Shown here piece after piece: positions 9,858 through 17,277 of a DNA stretch of 29,423 bases. The notes under the pieces are model-generated. The model was not told the origin of the DNA. It did no database searches and saw nothing but the letters and a program-made list of their open reading frames with translations. How positions within the stretch are numbered: the stretch's first letter is position 1; the number at the start of each line of letters is the position of its first letter. The stretch covers positions 1 to 29,423 of IMG/VR virus record IMGVR_UViG_3300037484_000601; one strand, given 5' to 3'. The DNA is from a virus (Duplodnaviria; Caudoviricetes). The translations under genes were made by a program, and so were the position numbers.

Positions 9858-10211
9858 ATGAAAGTAGTATGCATCCAATTGAACAGCGGCGTCGAGATCA
9901 TCGGACGTCTTAACGAAGACAACACCATCTTTGCTGGTGGAGAATTCTTTCCAGACGGGACCGTCTGGAAACCTACCGGAGTAGTGACTCTGGAAAAGAT
10001 CCGCAGTATCGGCGTGCAACAGGTAGGTCCGAAAGAAATGGGAATCTCTTTCTTCCCATGGTCGATCGCAAACCAAGATGGAGCGATCTCTTTCAACCTC
10101 GACAACTGTGCAACTTCAATCTACCCAGCTGAAAAGGCAGTGGAAGACGGCTATCTGTCGCAAACTTCACCAATCGTTCAAGCTCACAAGCCAAGCATCC
10201 AGATGGTGTAA
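9858..10211 (+). CDS. Small phage protein, probable Sm-like fold
   Basis: AGGAG SD. The L.SG.EIIG...LE.......FFPW...Y...TS.I pattern is typical of T4-like phage Sm-like proteins. Confidence 0.55.
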   Translation: MKVVCIQLNSGVEIIGRLNEDNTIFAGGEFFPDGTVWKPTGVVTLEKIRSIGVQQVGPKEMGISFFPWSIANQDGAISFNLDNCATSIYPAEKAVEDGYLSQTSPIVQAHKPSIQMV

Positions 10212-10230
10212 CAAGTAATTTCAAAGCTTT

Positions 10231-10275
10231 CAATGCCTTCCAAATAAATAAGAGAAATCTTATTGGGAGGCATTG
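10231..10275 (+). promoter_or_regulatory. RBS-sequestering hairpin containing a late promoter core
   Basis: CAATGCCTTCC (10231-10241) pairs with GGGAGGCATTG (10265-10275), with one G-U pair. Inner stem AATAAGA-GAAA-TCTTATT. ATAAATA at 10244-10250. Confidence 0.75.
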
Positions 10276-11147
10276 TGCTTTTAGAAATTTCTACATTAGA
10301 TGGGATAAAGAAAACTCAAAAAGTTAAGATATCTTGTGATAGGTGTCAGCAAGTAATAGAAAAATTTGTGTACTCTGTAATTAGTCAACGTGAAAAACGT
10401 AATGGTGAAGATGTTTGCAGAAGATGTTCAACAATCGAATACAATCAAAATCGTCCAATAGAAGTTAGAAAGAAAGCAGGAGATGGATTTAAGAATAAGT
10501 ATCTTGGAAAGAAACTAGAAGAGATTGTAGGAGAAAAGAAAGCTATCGAAATAAAAAGAAAATTCTCAGAATCTAGTTCAGGAGAAAATAATTCTAACTT
10601 TGGTGGTAAGTACTCACGTGGTTTTGCTGATCGCCCGTTATACGGTTTATGGGAATCTGTTTATGGGATAGAAAAATCAAAGCAAAAGAAACTGCAATTA
10701 TCTAAGCTGAATAGTGGATCTGGAAATCCAATGTTTGGTAAACCAGCACCAAAGAAATCTGGAAATGGAATAAGTGGATGGTATGGAAATGTCTATTTTC
10801 GTTCTTTGTTAGAACTGTCTTATATGATGCATTTAGATTCTCTTTCAATCAAATACATTAGTTGTGAATCTGAAAAATATAGATTTGAATATGAAATAGA
10901 TGGCATCAAGAGAAATTATTTTCCAGACTTTTTCATTCCATCAACTAACGAATACATCGAAGTTAAACCTTCTCAAATGTTGAGCAATGAAATTGTTATT
11001 GCTAAGGCTAAAGCAGTACAAGCATTGGGACACAAATTTACTTTTATGACTCAAAAAGATATAATGAAGATTAAGAAAGACGAGTTAATGAGTTTGATTA
11101 GTACCGGTAAAGTAACAATAGATAAGGGAAAAGAAAAATGGCTTTGA
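10275..11147 (+). CDS. Free-standing homing-type endonuclease (Zn ribbon + NUMOD-like repeats + TnsA-like PD-(D/E)xK domain)
   Basis: CDRC..CRRC; GENNSNFG and GSGNPMFGK; FRSLLE..YFPDF..YIEVKP. Visibly AT-richer than its neighbours. GTG 10275 follows GGAGG. Confidence 0.75.
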   Translation: MLLEISTLDGIKKTQKVKISCDRCQQVIEKFVYSVISQREKRNGEDVCRRCSTIEYNQNRPIEVRKKAGDGFKNKYLGKKLEEIVGEKKAIEIKRKFSESSSGENNSNFGGKYSRGFADRPLYGLWESVYGIEKSKQKKLQLSKLNSGSGNPMFGKPAPKKSGNGISGWYGNVYFRSLLELSYMMHLDSLSIKYISCESEKYRFEYEIDGIKRNYFPDFFIPSTNEYIEVKPSQMLSNEIVIAKAKAVQALGHKFTFMTQKDIMKIKKDELMSLISTGKVTIDKGKEKWL

Positions 11148-11728
11148 AATCAATAGTGATAGAGGGATGTGATAGGTTAGGAAAAGACACTCTCATAAAG
11201 GGTATCCAGAACGAGCTCGGATACTTTCAAACTCTGCACTATCAGAAGCCTGAGAAGCTAGATTACTTCAACGGTAGTCTGTTCAGTTATCAGTTTGCAT
11301 CGTTCAACACAATGTTCCACATTCTGTCAAGTAATGCTAGATTCATTTTGAATCGAGCTCACTTGGGTGAAGCTGTATACTCAAAGCGTTATCGTGATTA
11401 TGACGGTAACTATGTCTTTAGTCTTGAGAAAGATCACAGACGTTTTTGGGATGAAGATACACACATCTTCCCTCATAAAGACTCGTACGAGAAGACAACT
11501 TTGCTCGTGCTTCTTTACACGTCTGACTTTAGCTTTATCAAAGATGACGGTCAATCTTTTGACTTTGAGAAGAAGGAAGAAGAACAAGCAGACTTCTTGA
11601 AAGCGTTTGACAAGTCGATCATCGAAAACAAGATCATGATCGATGTAAGCAATGGCATGGGTGGATATCGACCAGCTTTAGAGACTCTTAAAGCTGTTAT
11701 TGATGCTTACAAAATGGAAGCAATGTGA
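11138..11728 (+). CDS. Thymidylate-kinase-like nucleotide monophosphate kinase
   Basis: P-loop IVIEGCDRLGKDT and LNRAHLGEAVY (DR-type motif). Confidence 0.75.
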   Translation: MALKSIVIEGCDRLGKDTLIKGIQNELGYFQTLHYQKPEKLDYFNGSLFSYQFASFNTMFHILSSNARFILNRAHLGEAVYSKRYRDYDGNYVFSLEKDHRRFWDEDTHIFPHKDSYEKTTLLVLLYTSDFSFIKDDGQSFDFEKKEEEQADFLKAFDKSIIENKIMIDVSNGMGGYRPALETLKAVIDAYKMEAM

Positions 11729-11979
11729 TGAGAGTTTTTAGAGTTACTACCAAGATTCACACTCCTGTAGGAATCTTTACAGGTATAGTGTCAGATGACT
11801 TCGAGACAGTTGAAAATGCTTTTGATGAGCGTGTCAAACTACAAGAAGTCATCTACAATTGTGACACCTTCACATTCAACTCAGATCAGGACGAGGGAAC
11901 CGAAGTTACCCTCAACCAGCTCGTTGTCAAAAACTCTGTGTTTGAGTTTACAGTAATAGCAGTAGACTTGCCAGATTAG
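11728..11979 (+). CDS. Hypothetical protein
   Basis: TGATG overlap with the kinase stop; last gene of the plus-strand block. Confidence 0.65.
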   Translation: MRVFRVTTKIHTPVGIFTGIVSDDFETVENAFDERVKLQEVIYNCDTFTFNSDQDEGTEVTLNQLVVKNSVFEFTVIAVDLPD

Positions 11980-12716
11980 CCGTTCAGCTTGTAATCACGG
12001 ATCTCTCTTTTAGAGGCGGTCCGTTTTGTCTCTATGTATTCTTCTACCTTTTGTTCTCTACCACCGTAGTAAGTGGTAAGAACACGAGGAATACGTGTCA
12101 CACTAAACCAAACTCCTTCTACGAAGCGAAACTTCTTACCATCTTGAAAGTCACGATGGCTCTTGTCAGCTTCTGCTTTTTGTATAGCTTTGCGCTTTGC
12201 TCTTTCTTGGCGACGAGAGTCACCTGAAGAGAGTTTAAGCTTACCGTCACGAGGATCAACGTAGAATGTACCAGGTTCTTCTTCTACACAACCAGCAGCA
12301 TCTCTAAAAGTGCCGTATCGAGACATGCAGTTGCTAGTGTAGTAGATGCGTCCGTCATCACCCACGAAGGTGTGAGTTTCAACGTTGCGGGTAAACAGAG
12401 CACGTAGATCAGATGCCTTTGCGACATCAGTATTGCACATCTTGGCGATCTCAGAATAAACATTGTTCCAATGACGGCCAATGCTAGAGGTAAGGAAGCG
12501 CTTTGCTACTTGGTAGAGATAAGAACGATCTTTGCCGTCCCATCCAACCTTCTTAGCGCGCATAGGAAGCACGCGGTCACAATACTCGTCATTGACATTC
12601 AGATCTTCATCAATCTTGAAGTTCTTTGCCAGACGATAATCGTTGGACTCGGTGCGATAATACGAAACACCACGACGAGCAGGCTCGGTGATGACTTTTT
12701 GCATATCATTGCGCAT
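11976..12716 (-). CDS. Hypothetical basic protein
   Basis: 246 aa with a strong AAGGAG SD and its own promoter region. Motifs MRNDMQKVI.E, RFL.SSIGR.WNNVYSEI and FYVDPRDGKL. Confidence 0.8.
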   Translation of the reverse strand: MRNDMQKVITEPARRGVSYYRTESNDYRLAKNFKIDEDLNVNDEYCDRVLPMRAKKVGWDGKDRSYLYQVAKRFLTSSIGRHWNNVYSEIAKMCNTDVAKASDLRALFTRNVETHTFVGDDGRIYYTSNCMSRYGTFRDAAGCVEEEPGTFYVDPRDGKLKLSSGDSRRQERAKRKAIQKAEADKSHRDFQDGKKFRFVEGVWFSVTRIPRVLTTYYGGREQKVEEYIETKRTASKREIRDYKLNG

Positions 12717-12804
12717 GTGTTTCTCCTTTAGTTAAATTCACATTCGCATGCTATACCCTTTCATGAAAGTTTGAAGAGTCAAGGTTAAGGTTAATTGAAA
12801 ATTT

Positions 12805-12828
12805 TATTTATAAAATAGCATTATATCA
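12805..12828 (-). promoter_or_regulatory. Tandem extended -10 element (TGATATAAT) and late box (TATAAATA)
   Basis: Minus strand has TGATATAAT at 12828-12820 and TATAAATA at 12812-12805 in an AT-rich gap. Confidence 0.6.
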
Positions 12829-12848
12829 TAAGGCTTCTTAAAAAGACA

Positions 12849-13160
12849 TTACTTTTTCACAAACTTGATCGTGATCTCTTTTCGAAACCTTGGAATCAAG
12901 GTAATTGGATCCACTGTACCAGTCTTACGATTTCTCGTGTGGATGATTACGTTGTATTCAGGTGGAATTTGACCCAATGAGATAGGCTCGAATTCAGCCG
13001 AGAAAGCTCTGACGTCATAAGAGTCATTCATGATATCATACTTGATGTCAACTGGAATTGCTTTTCTGAAGACTTTCTGGACAATACCTGGAGATTCTGA
13101 AAGGATATGATGCGAAAAACTAAAACGCCCGAATCGACGTTCATTGAAAAGTGTAGTCAT
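12849..13160 (-). CDS. Hypothetical protein
   Basis: ATG at 13160 (MTTLFNERR) follows GGAG. Confidence 0.7.
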   Translation of the reverse strand: MTTLFNERRFGRFSFSHHILSESPGIVQKVFRKAIPVDIKYDIMNDSYDVRAFSAEFEPISLGQIPPEYNVIIHTRNRKTGTVDPITLIPRFRKEITIKFVKK

Positions 13161-13170
13161 TTGACACTCC

Positions 13171-13205
13171 AAAAGAAAATGGCTCTACCGTAATAGAACC
13201 ATTTT
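13171..13205 (-). terminator. Intrinsic terminator with a UACG tetraloop
   Basis: Minus strand reads AAAATGGTTCTAT-TACG-GTAGAGCCATTTT-CTTTT, downstream of the 205-aa ORF. Confidence 0.7.
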
Positions 13206-13235
13206 ATCATAGACTTACTCTGCTGAGAATTTAAC

Positions 13236-13853
13236 TCATGTAGTCAAACGAGAGTCAGTAACGACCAGATTGCTGAAGTAGCCGTTCAGACGCTTGTCCA
13301 ATTCCTTAGACAAGAGAGCAACGTCAGCTTGGGCATGAGCAGCGGTGTGAGCAGATACGTCGACGGTGGTATCACTGTAGACGACGGCATTGCTCAGGAT
13401 CACTTGAGTACGAACTAATGTCTCACCACCTTCATACTTGAATACTGGAGTGTAGATCGCGTTAGCGCGGAAGCCGCGACGAGTCTTGACGCGAGACTTT
13501 TCAGCCCAACGCTTCAGAACTTCACGCAGATCGCTCTTGAGGCCACGAACTTCGCTCTTGTTATCGGTGCGGAGAATGATCTCCACGTCCAAGACGCTGA
13601 TCACGTTCTTGGGTTCTTCAGCTGCCATCGAATAGCCGACCGAATTCACGTCATCGTTGTTAATGACAGCTGGGATTGACAGGGTACGGAAGGTTGAATC
13701 GGTCAGCAAGGTAGCGACCGCGACAGCTTGTGAGTCAACGGTAACTTCCTTGAAAGAACCCTTGTCTTCAATTAGACCGGTAGGCGCTGAGAAGCTTTCC
13801 ATCTCCAGGTTGAAACCACGTACGACGTACACTCTCTTTTGCTTTTTGCTCAT
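13236..13853 (-). CDS. Hypothetical protein
   Basis: 205 aa, AAGGAG SD, followed by a terminator; no motif recognised. Confidence 0.8.
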   Translation of the reverse strand: MSKKQKRVYVVRGFNLEMESFSAPTGLIEDKGSFKEVTVDSQAVAVATLLTDSTFRTLSIPAVINNDDVNSVGYSMAAEEPKNVISVLDVEIILRTDNKSEVRGLKSDLREVLKRWAEKSRVKTRRGFRANAIYTPVFKYEGGETLVRTQVILSNAVVYSDTTVDVSAHTAAHAQADVALLSKELDKRLNGYFSNLVVTDSRLTT

Positions 13854-13892
13854 ATTACTCTCCTTGTTTGGTAGTTCTTTGATAAAGTGTTT

Positions 13893-14399
13893 CTAATACC
13901 CTTTGCGTAACTCTGTTGGGACGTTTGCCTTGATCCACAAGTCCATCTTGGTACCTACTTTTGACGAGACTTTTTCAATCGGAAAGATTGCAAAAGCATC
14001 CATCTCAGGATAATCTGGACCATTCTTGTTGATCACCATTGACTCACAGAATAGAGCTTTAGTGTCAAGTTCATCAACTTCTATGTAGAAGAGATGCATG
14101 TCACGATCTTTCTGGTATGAGTGCTGCCCGAGATCAATGGTTTCTTCACTCTCAAACTGAAGATCAATTCCAGTTTCTTCGCGCAGTTCACGAAGAGCGG
14201 CCTTGAGGTGATGTTCTCCTTCTTCTGCTCCACCTTTCGGAAAGTCCCAACGATTACCGCCGTTAGTTGGGTGAGCTAACAACCAACCTCGTCCGGTCAC
14301 GTTGATGATGAAGCCACAGGTACATTTTTCTTTCATTGGATCTTTCTTGAAATCATCTTCAGTATGATGCCAGGGGTATCGAGGAGATGTAGTCATCAT
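13893..14399 (-). CDS. Nudix hydrolase (T4 NudE-like)
   Basis: Nudix box RWDFPKGGAEEGEHHLKAALRELREETGI, plus PEMD. Confidence 0.9.
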   Translation of the reverse strand: MMTTSPRYPWHHTEDDFKKDPMKEKCTCGFIINVTGRGWLLAHPTNGGNRWDFPKGGAEEGEHHLKAALRELREETGIDLQFESEETIDLGQHSYQKDRDMHLFYIEVDELDTKALFCESMVINKNGPDYPEMDAFAIFPIEKVSSKVGTKMDLWIKANVPTELRKGY

Positions 14400-14406
14400 A
14401 CCTCTA

Positions 14407-14462
14407 ATTCGTTTACGATAGAGTAATTATATCATGAACTACACCAAAGTAAACACTTATTT
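14407..14462 (-). promoter_or_regulatory. Early promoter cassette, copy 1
   Basis: AAATAAGTGTTTACTTT-N11-TGATATAATTACTCTATCGTAAACGAAT, i.e. GTTTAC-N17-TATAAT. Near-identical to 19050-19105. Confidence 0.85.
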
Positions 14463-14531
14463 CAGCTCAGATCGATGACCTTCGAAGCTTTCTTAAAGAT
14501 GTATGCCTTATAGTAGTCTTCACTATTCTCA

Positions 14532-14786
14532 CTAGCCAAAGATCTCTTCACAGAGATCGCATAGCTCAAAGAACGGAACACGCCGTATTGATGAAGAATC
14601 AGGAAGCAGAATCCAAAAATCATTCCACATCTTGATCAGCTTTGTGTCAGCATGCTCATGACGGTTGATCGAATCTGATGTCATGCTGTTCTCCTTGAGA
14701 ACAACGTTGTAGATCGAAATGTAGTAACTTTCTCTGAAAACTTTGTCTTGCAGAGCAACAGACTTGCGCGAAATATCAGTAGGCAT
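14532..14786 (-). CDS. Hypothetical protein
   Basis: 84 aa, GAGGAG SD, tightly packed in the operon. Confidence 0.7.
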   Translation of the reverse strand: MPTDISRKSVALQDKVFRESYYISIYNVVLKENSMTSDSINRHEHADTKLIKMWNDFWILLPDSSSIRRVPFFELCDLCEEIFG

Positions 14787-14788
14787 CT

Positions 14789-15205
14789 TTACTTCTCCTC
14801 AACAATGACATCATGTTTGATACCGTTGACATCCCAGTAGAACAGTTCATAGCTGTCAATCATAGCCATGTATTGGTGATCACAAGTAACGTCGCCGGGA
14901 AAGAAATATGCATCGTTTGCTGAATCGATGATTTCTTCATCGATTGCCAAGACAGATGACAATTCAGTTGCTGTGATCCCACACACAGCATTCCACTTCT
15001 CTTTGGTAGCTTTGTCATATGCGATGAGAATGGTAAGTGCCTCGCTTAACTTGAAGCTGTCTCCCTTGTCATCCAATCCCTTGAATATGAAAGTATGAGT
15101 GTCATACGCGTCAGCATCGCCGCTCATGTACTCTACTTTAAGCTCAAATATATCCTTGGGTGTCTTAGACTTTATTGGTTCCCCAATCTTCAACGTGATT
15201 GCCAT
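14789..15205 (-). CDS. Hypothetical acidic protein
   Basis: ATG 15205 (MAITLKIG) follows GAGGAG and lies directly after the PARP stop. Confidence 0.75.
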   Translation of the reverse strand: MAITLKIGEPIKSKTPKDIFELKVEYMSGDADAYDTHTFIFKGLDDKGDSFKLSEALTILIAYDKATKEKWNAVCGITATELSSVLAIDEEIIDSANDAYFFPGDVTCDHQYMAMIDSYELFYWDVNGIKHDVIVEEK

Positions 15206-15206
15206 C

Positions 15207-16565
15207 TTACTTCTCCTCGAATTCAACCAGGTAACGGATGTTGACCTGAGAGTTTTTGTAGACGATCATCTCGTTGTTCATGATGCCGGAGACGCCAGGC
15301 TTTGCGAACGTAGAGTCATAGCCTTTCTTCGGCAGAGTCTCGTAAGAACCCTTCGGAATGTACTGCTCACCAAGAGCAAAGTCAACGAGGAACATGAAGC
15401 AGTTCTTGTCAATTGCACCGCGATCCCATGTACCACCGCGAGCATAGTTCAAAGCTTTGGTAGACTGGTCAGAACCGTAGATACCATCGCCGAACATACG
15501 ACCGGTCACGTGGAATGAACCGGACTTCGGAGGACAGAACAGACCGCTCTTCAAGATCGACAGAACGTTGAACATACGGGTGCCGTGCCACAACATCTGA
15601 ACGTTCTTGTTAACTGCTGGCCATGCGGCGATCTCCTTCTCAAAGGCAGACTTTGCATCAGGCATGGTCACCTCGTAGAAGCGAATCGGCTTCATGTTCT
15701 TGGAATCATGCTTCGAGTTGATGCTGTCAAAGAACATCTTCTCGATCTTTGCGATCATGATCTTGTCATCACAGATCTTGATTTGAGCAGTGAAGAGGTT
15801 CGGTGTGTCAGACATAGAAGTAGCAACCGCGATGTCTTTAGCAGACTTTAGGCGGGCATCAGCCAGATCAGCAGAAGCTTCCAACTGGTCAAGCAGAGTG
15901 CTTTGGCTTGTCAGAGTGTTGTAGGTGGAGAAGAAGTTCTTGTGCCAGCCTCGAGCATGTCCCACGGTCTGTGGAACGAGCATCAAGTAGGTGTTGAGGT
16001 TCTCGATGAATGTCTTGGCGTCAAAGTCAGACTTGGCAACGAACGGAGCCAACTCATCAAGAGCAATACGAGCCTGTTTGATTGTGTCTTTTGTGACGAC
16101 GCCGATGGGAGTAGAGATGATACCGGTCTTCAGGTCAATGTCCATCTTACCACCAGAGGCCTTGACCAGTTCGTGGCGGTTGGCTTCAACGAGGCGGTCA
16201 ATCAACTTGGAGAGTTCAGTATCGCCGCTGCCTAGTTGCTTTTTAGCAGCTTCGCGAACAACTTCCTTGGAGAGAGCAGGGCCGGTGGGTGCAGTAACAG
16301 CTTCAGTAAGGACTGTGATCTCACGATAGGGAGCTTTATAGCTCGGAGTACCTTCTTTGCCACGTCCGTTAACCTTTTCTCTAATCTTTCGATCGAGTTC
16401 AGTTCGAGACATTTGCTTTGGAGGATCTTCGGTGCAGGTTTTACCAACCCGACCATATTTGACAATGACGGAGCCGTCATCTCTTAAAATGTACTCCCAA
16501 AACTTATTATTATTTTGAAGAGCATCTGCACAAACAAACTTGCGGTGTTCAGTGACTTTAGCCAT
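15207..16565 (-). CDS. PARP-family ADP-ribosyltransferase (WGR + helical regulatory + catalytic domains)
   Basis: WGR-like NNNKFW..VKYGRVGK; REG-like GVVTKDTIKQAR..NTYLMLVP; catalytic LWHGT, TGRMFGDGIY, STKALNYA and NNEMIVY..QVNIRYL (H-Y-E triad). Confidence 0.92.
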   Translation of the reverse strand: MAKVTEHRKFVCADALQNNNKFWEYILRDDGSVIVKYGRVGKTCTEDPPKQMSRTELDRKIREKVNGRGKEGTPSYKAPYREITVLTEAVTAPTGPALSKEVVREAAKKQLGSGDTELSKLIDRLVEANRHELVKASGGKMDIDLKTGIISTPIGVVTKDTIKQARIALDELAPFVAKSDFDAKTFIENLNTYLMLVPQTVGHARGWHKNFFSTYNTLTSQSTLLDQLEASADLADARLKSAKDIAVATSMSDTPNLFTAQIKICDDKIMIAKIEKMFFDSINSKHDSKNMKPIRFYEVTMPDAKSAFEKEIAAWPAVNKNVQMLWHGTRMFNVLSILKSGLFCPPKSGSFHVTGRMFGDGIYGSDQSTKALNYARGGTWDRGAIDKNCFMFLVDFALGEQYIPKGSYETLPKKGYDSTFAKPGVSGIMNNEMIVYKNSQVNIRYLVEFEEK

Positions 16566-16638
16566 TATGAAATTCCTTCTAACTTATGAACGATTGCTAC
16601 ACATTATGAAGTGGGATTCACCTGAATCACCACGAAGC

Positions 16639-16646
16639 TATTTATA
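16639..16646 (-). promoter_or_regulatory. T4-like late promoter (TATAAATA) upstream of PARP
   Basis: Exact TATAAATA on the minus strand, about 75 nt before the PARP ATG. Confidence 0.6.
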
Positions 16647-16850
16647 GTTTCCATTGCTCCTTGAATTTCAAGAAATTTGAATGGTCAATAAACATGAAAG
16701 TAGTATGACCAAATATGCGCTTTACTGACCATGACCAATCAGGGGTTGGTTCTTTAAATGACCAACCGCCAGAACCGATGTTTTCTTTACACCATACGAT
16801 CATCTGCTCTTGGAGATGATAAAATCAGTGCCAAATTTTACTTCAAGCAT
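16642..16850 (-). CDS. Small hypothetical protein with an apparent 1-nt frameshift (intact 53-aa part at 16642-16803)
   Basis: ATG 16850 overlaps the upstream stop and gives MLEVKFGTDF. The protein-like frame YHLQEQMIVWCKENIGSGGW...FKEQWKL* continues only after a shift in the T4 run near 16821-16824. Confidence 0.5.
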
Positions 16851-17241
16851 TGTTGAAGACCCAAACATAAACTGGTCGAACGTGACTCATCCACTTATAA
16901 ACTTGCTTATTACTGGGATCATGAATCTCTTTTCCATCCCAGTAGATCATGTGCATACCCTTCTCATAGTTGAGAGAGTCAACTTGAATCATGGCCTTTC
17001 TCTTCCAGAGAAGGTCACGAATCTCATGTGGTGCAGCATGACCCATGTACCGAGTGATGTAATCCTCGTCTTTCTTCAGGCCGGCTTTACAGAAGGCTTC
17101 CTCGATCTCATCGTTGTTGCAGCCTTTGTTAGCCTCAATTCTCTGACAGAACTCTGGATCGAATAGCTCCTCGTAAGACTTACCTGCAGCCATCGCGATG
17201 CAAGCTAGAACACAGTCAAATTCAAAGTGCTGTTTCTGCAT
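16843..17241 (-). CDS. Peptidase C39-like (papain-fold) protein
   Basis: Q....DCVLACIAM near the N-terminus, then HMIYWDG...HDP (candidate Cys-His-Asp triad). Confidence 0.6.
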   Translation of the reverse strand: MQKQHFEFDCVLACIAMAAGKSYEELFDPEFCQRIEANKGCNNDEIEEAFCKAGLKKDEDYITRYMGHAAPHEIRDLLWKRKAMIQVDSLNYEKGMHMIYWDGKEIHDPSNKQVYKWMSHVRPVYVWVFNNA

Positions 17242-17277
17242 CTTATGCTTTCATGACATTCTTCTTGAATTGTCTCA

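Noticed and set aside
10275-11147. TnsA-like domain as evidence of a Tn7 transposon or intron
   Set aside because: No TnsB/TnsC, terminal repeats or split host gene; it fits a free-standing endonuclease.
14462-14551. Short minus-strand frame (..SENSEDYYKAYIFKKASKVIDLS*) before promoter cassette 1
   Set aside because: It could be a gene remnant, but it is under 30 codons, has no SD and matches no family I recognise.
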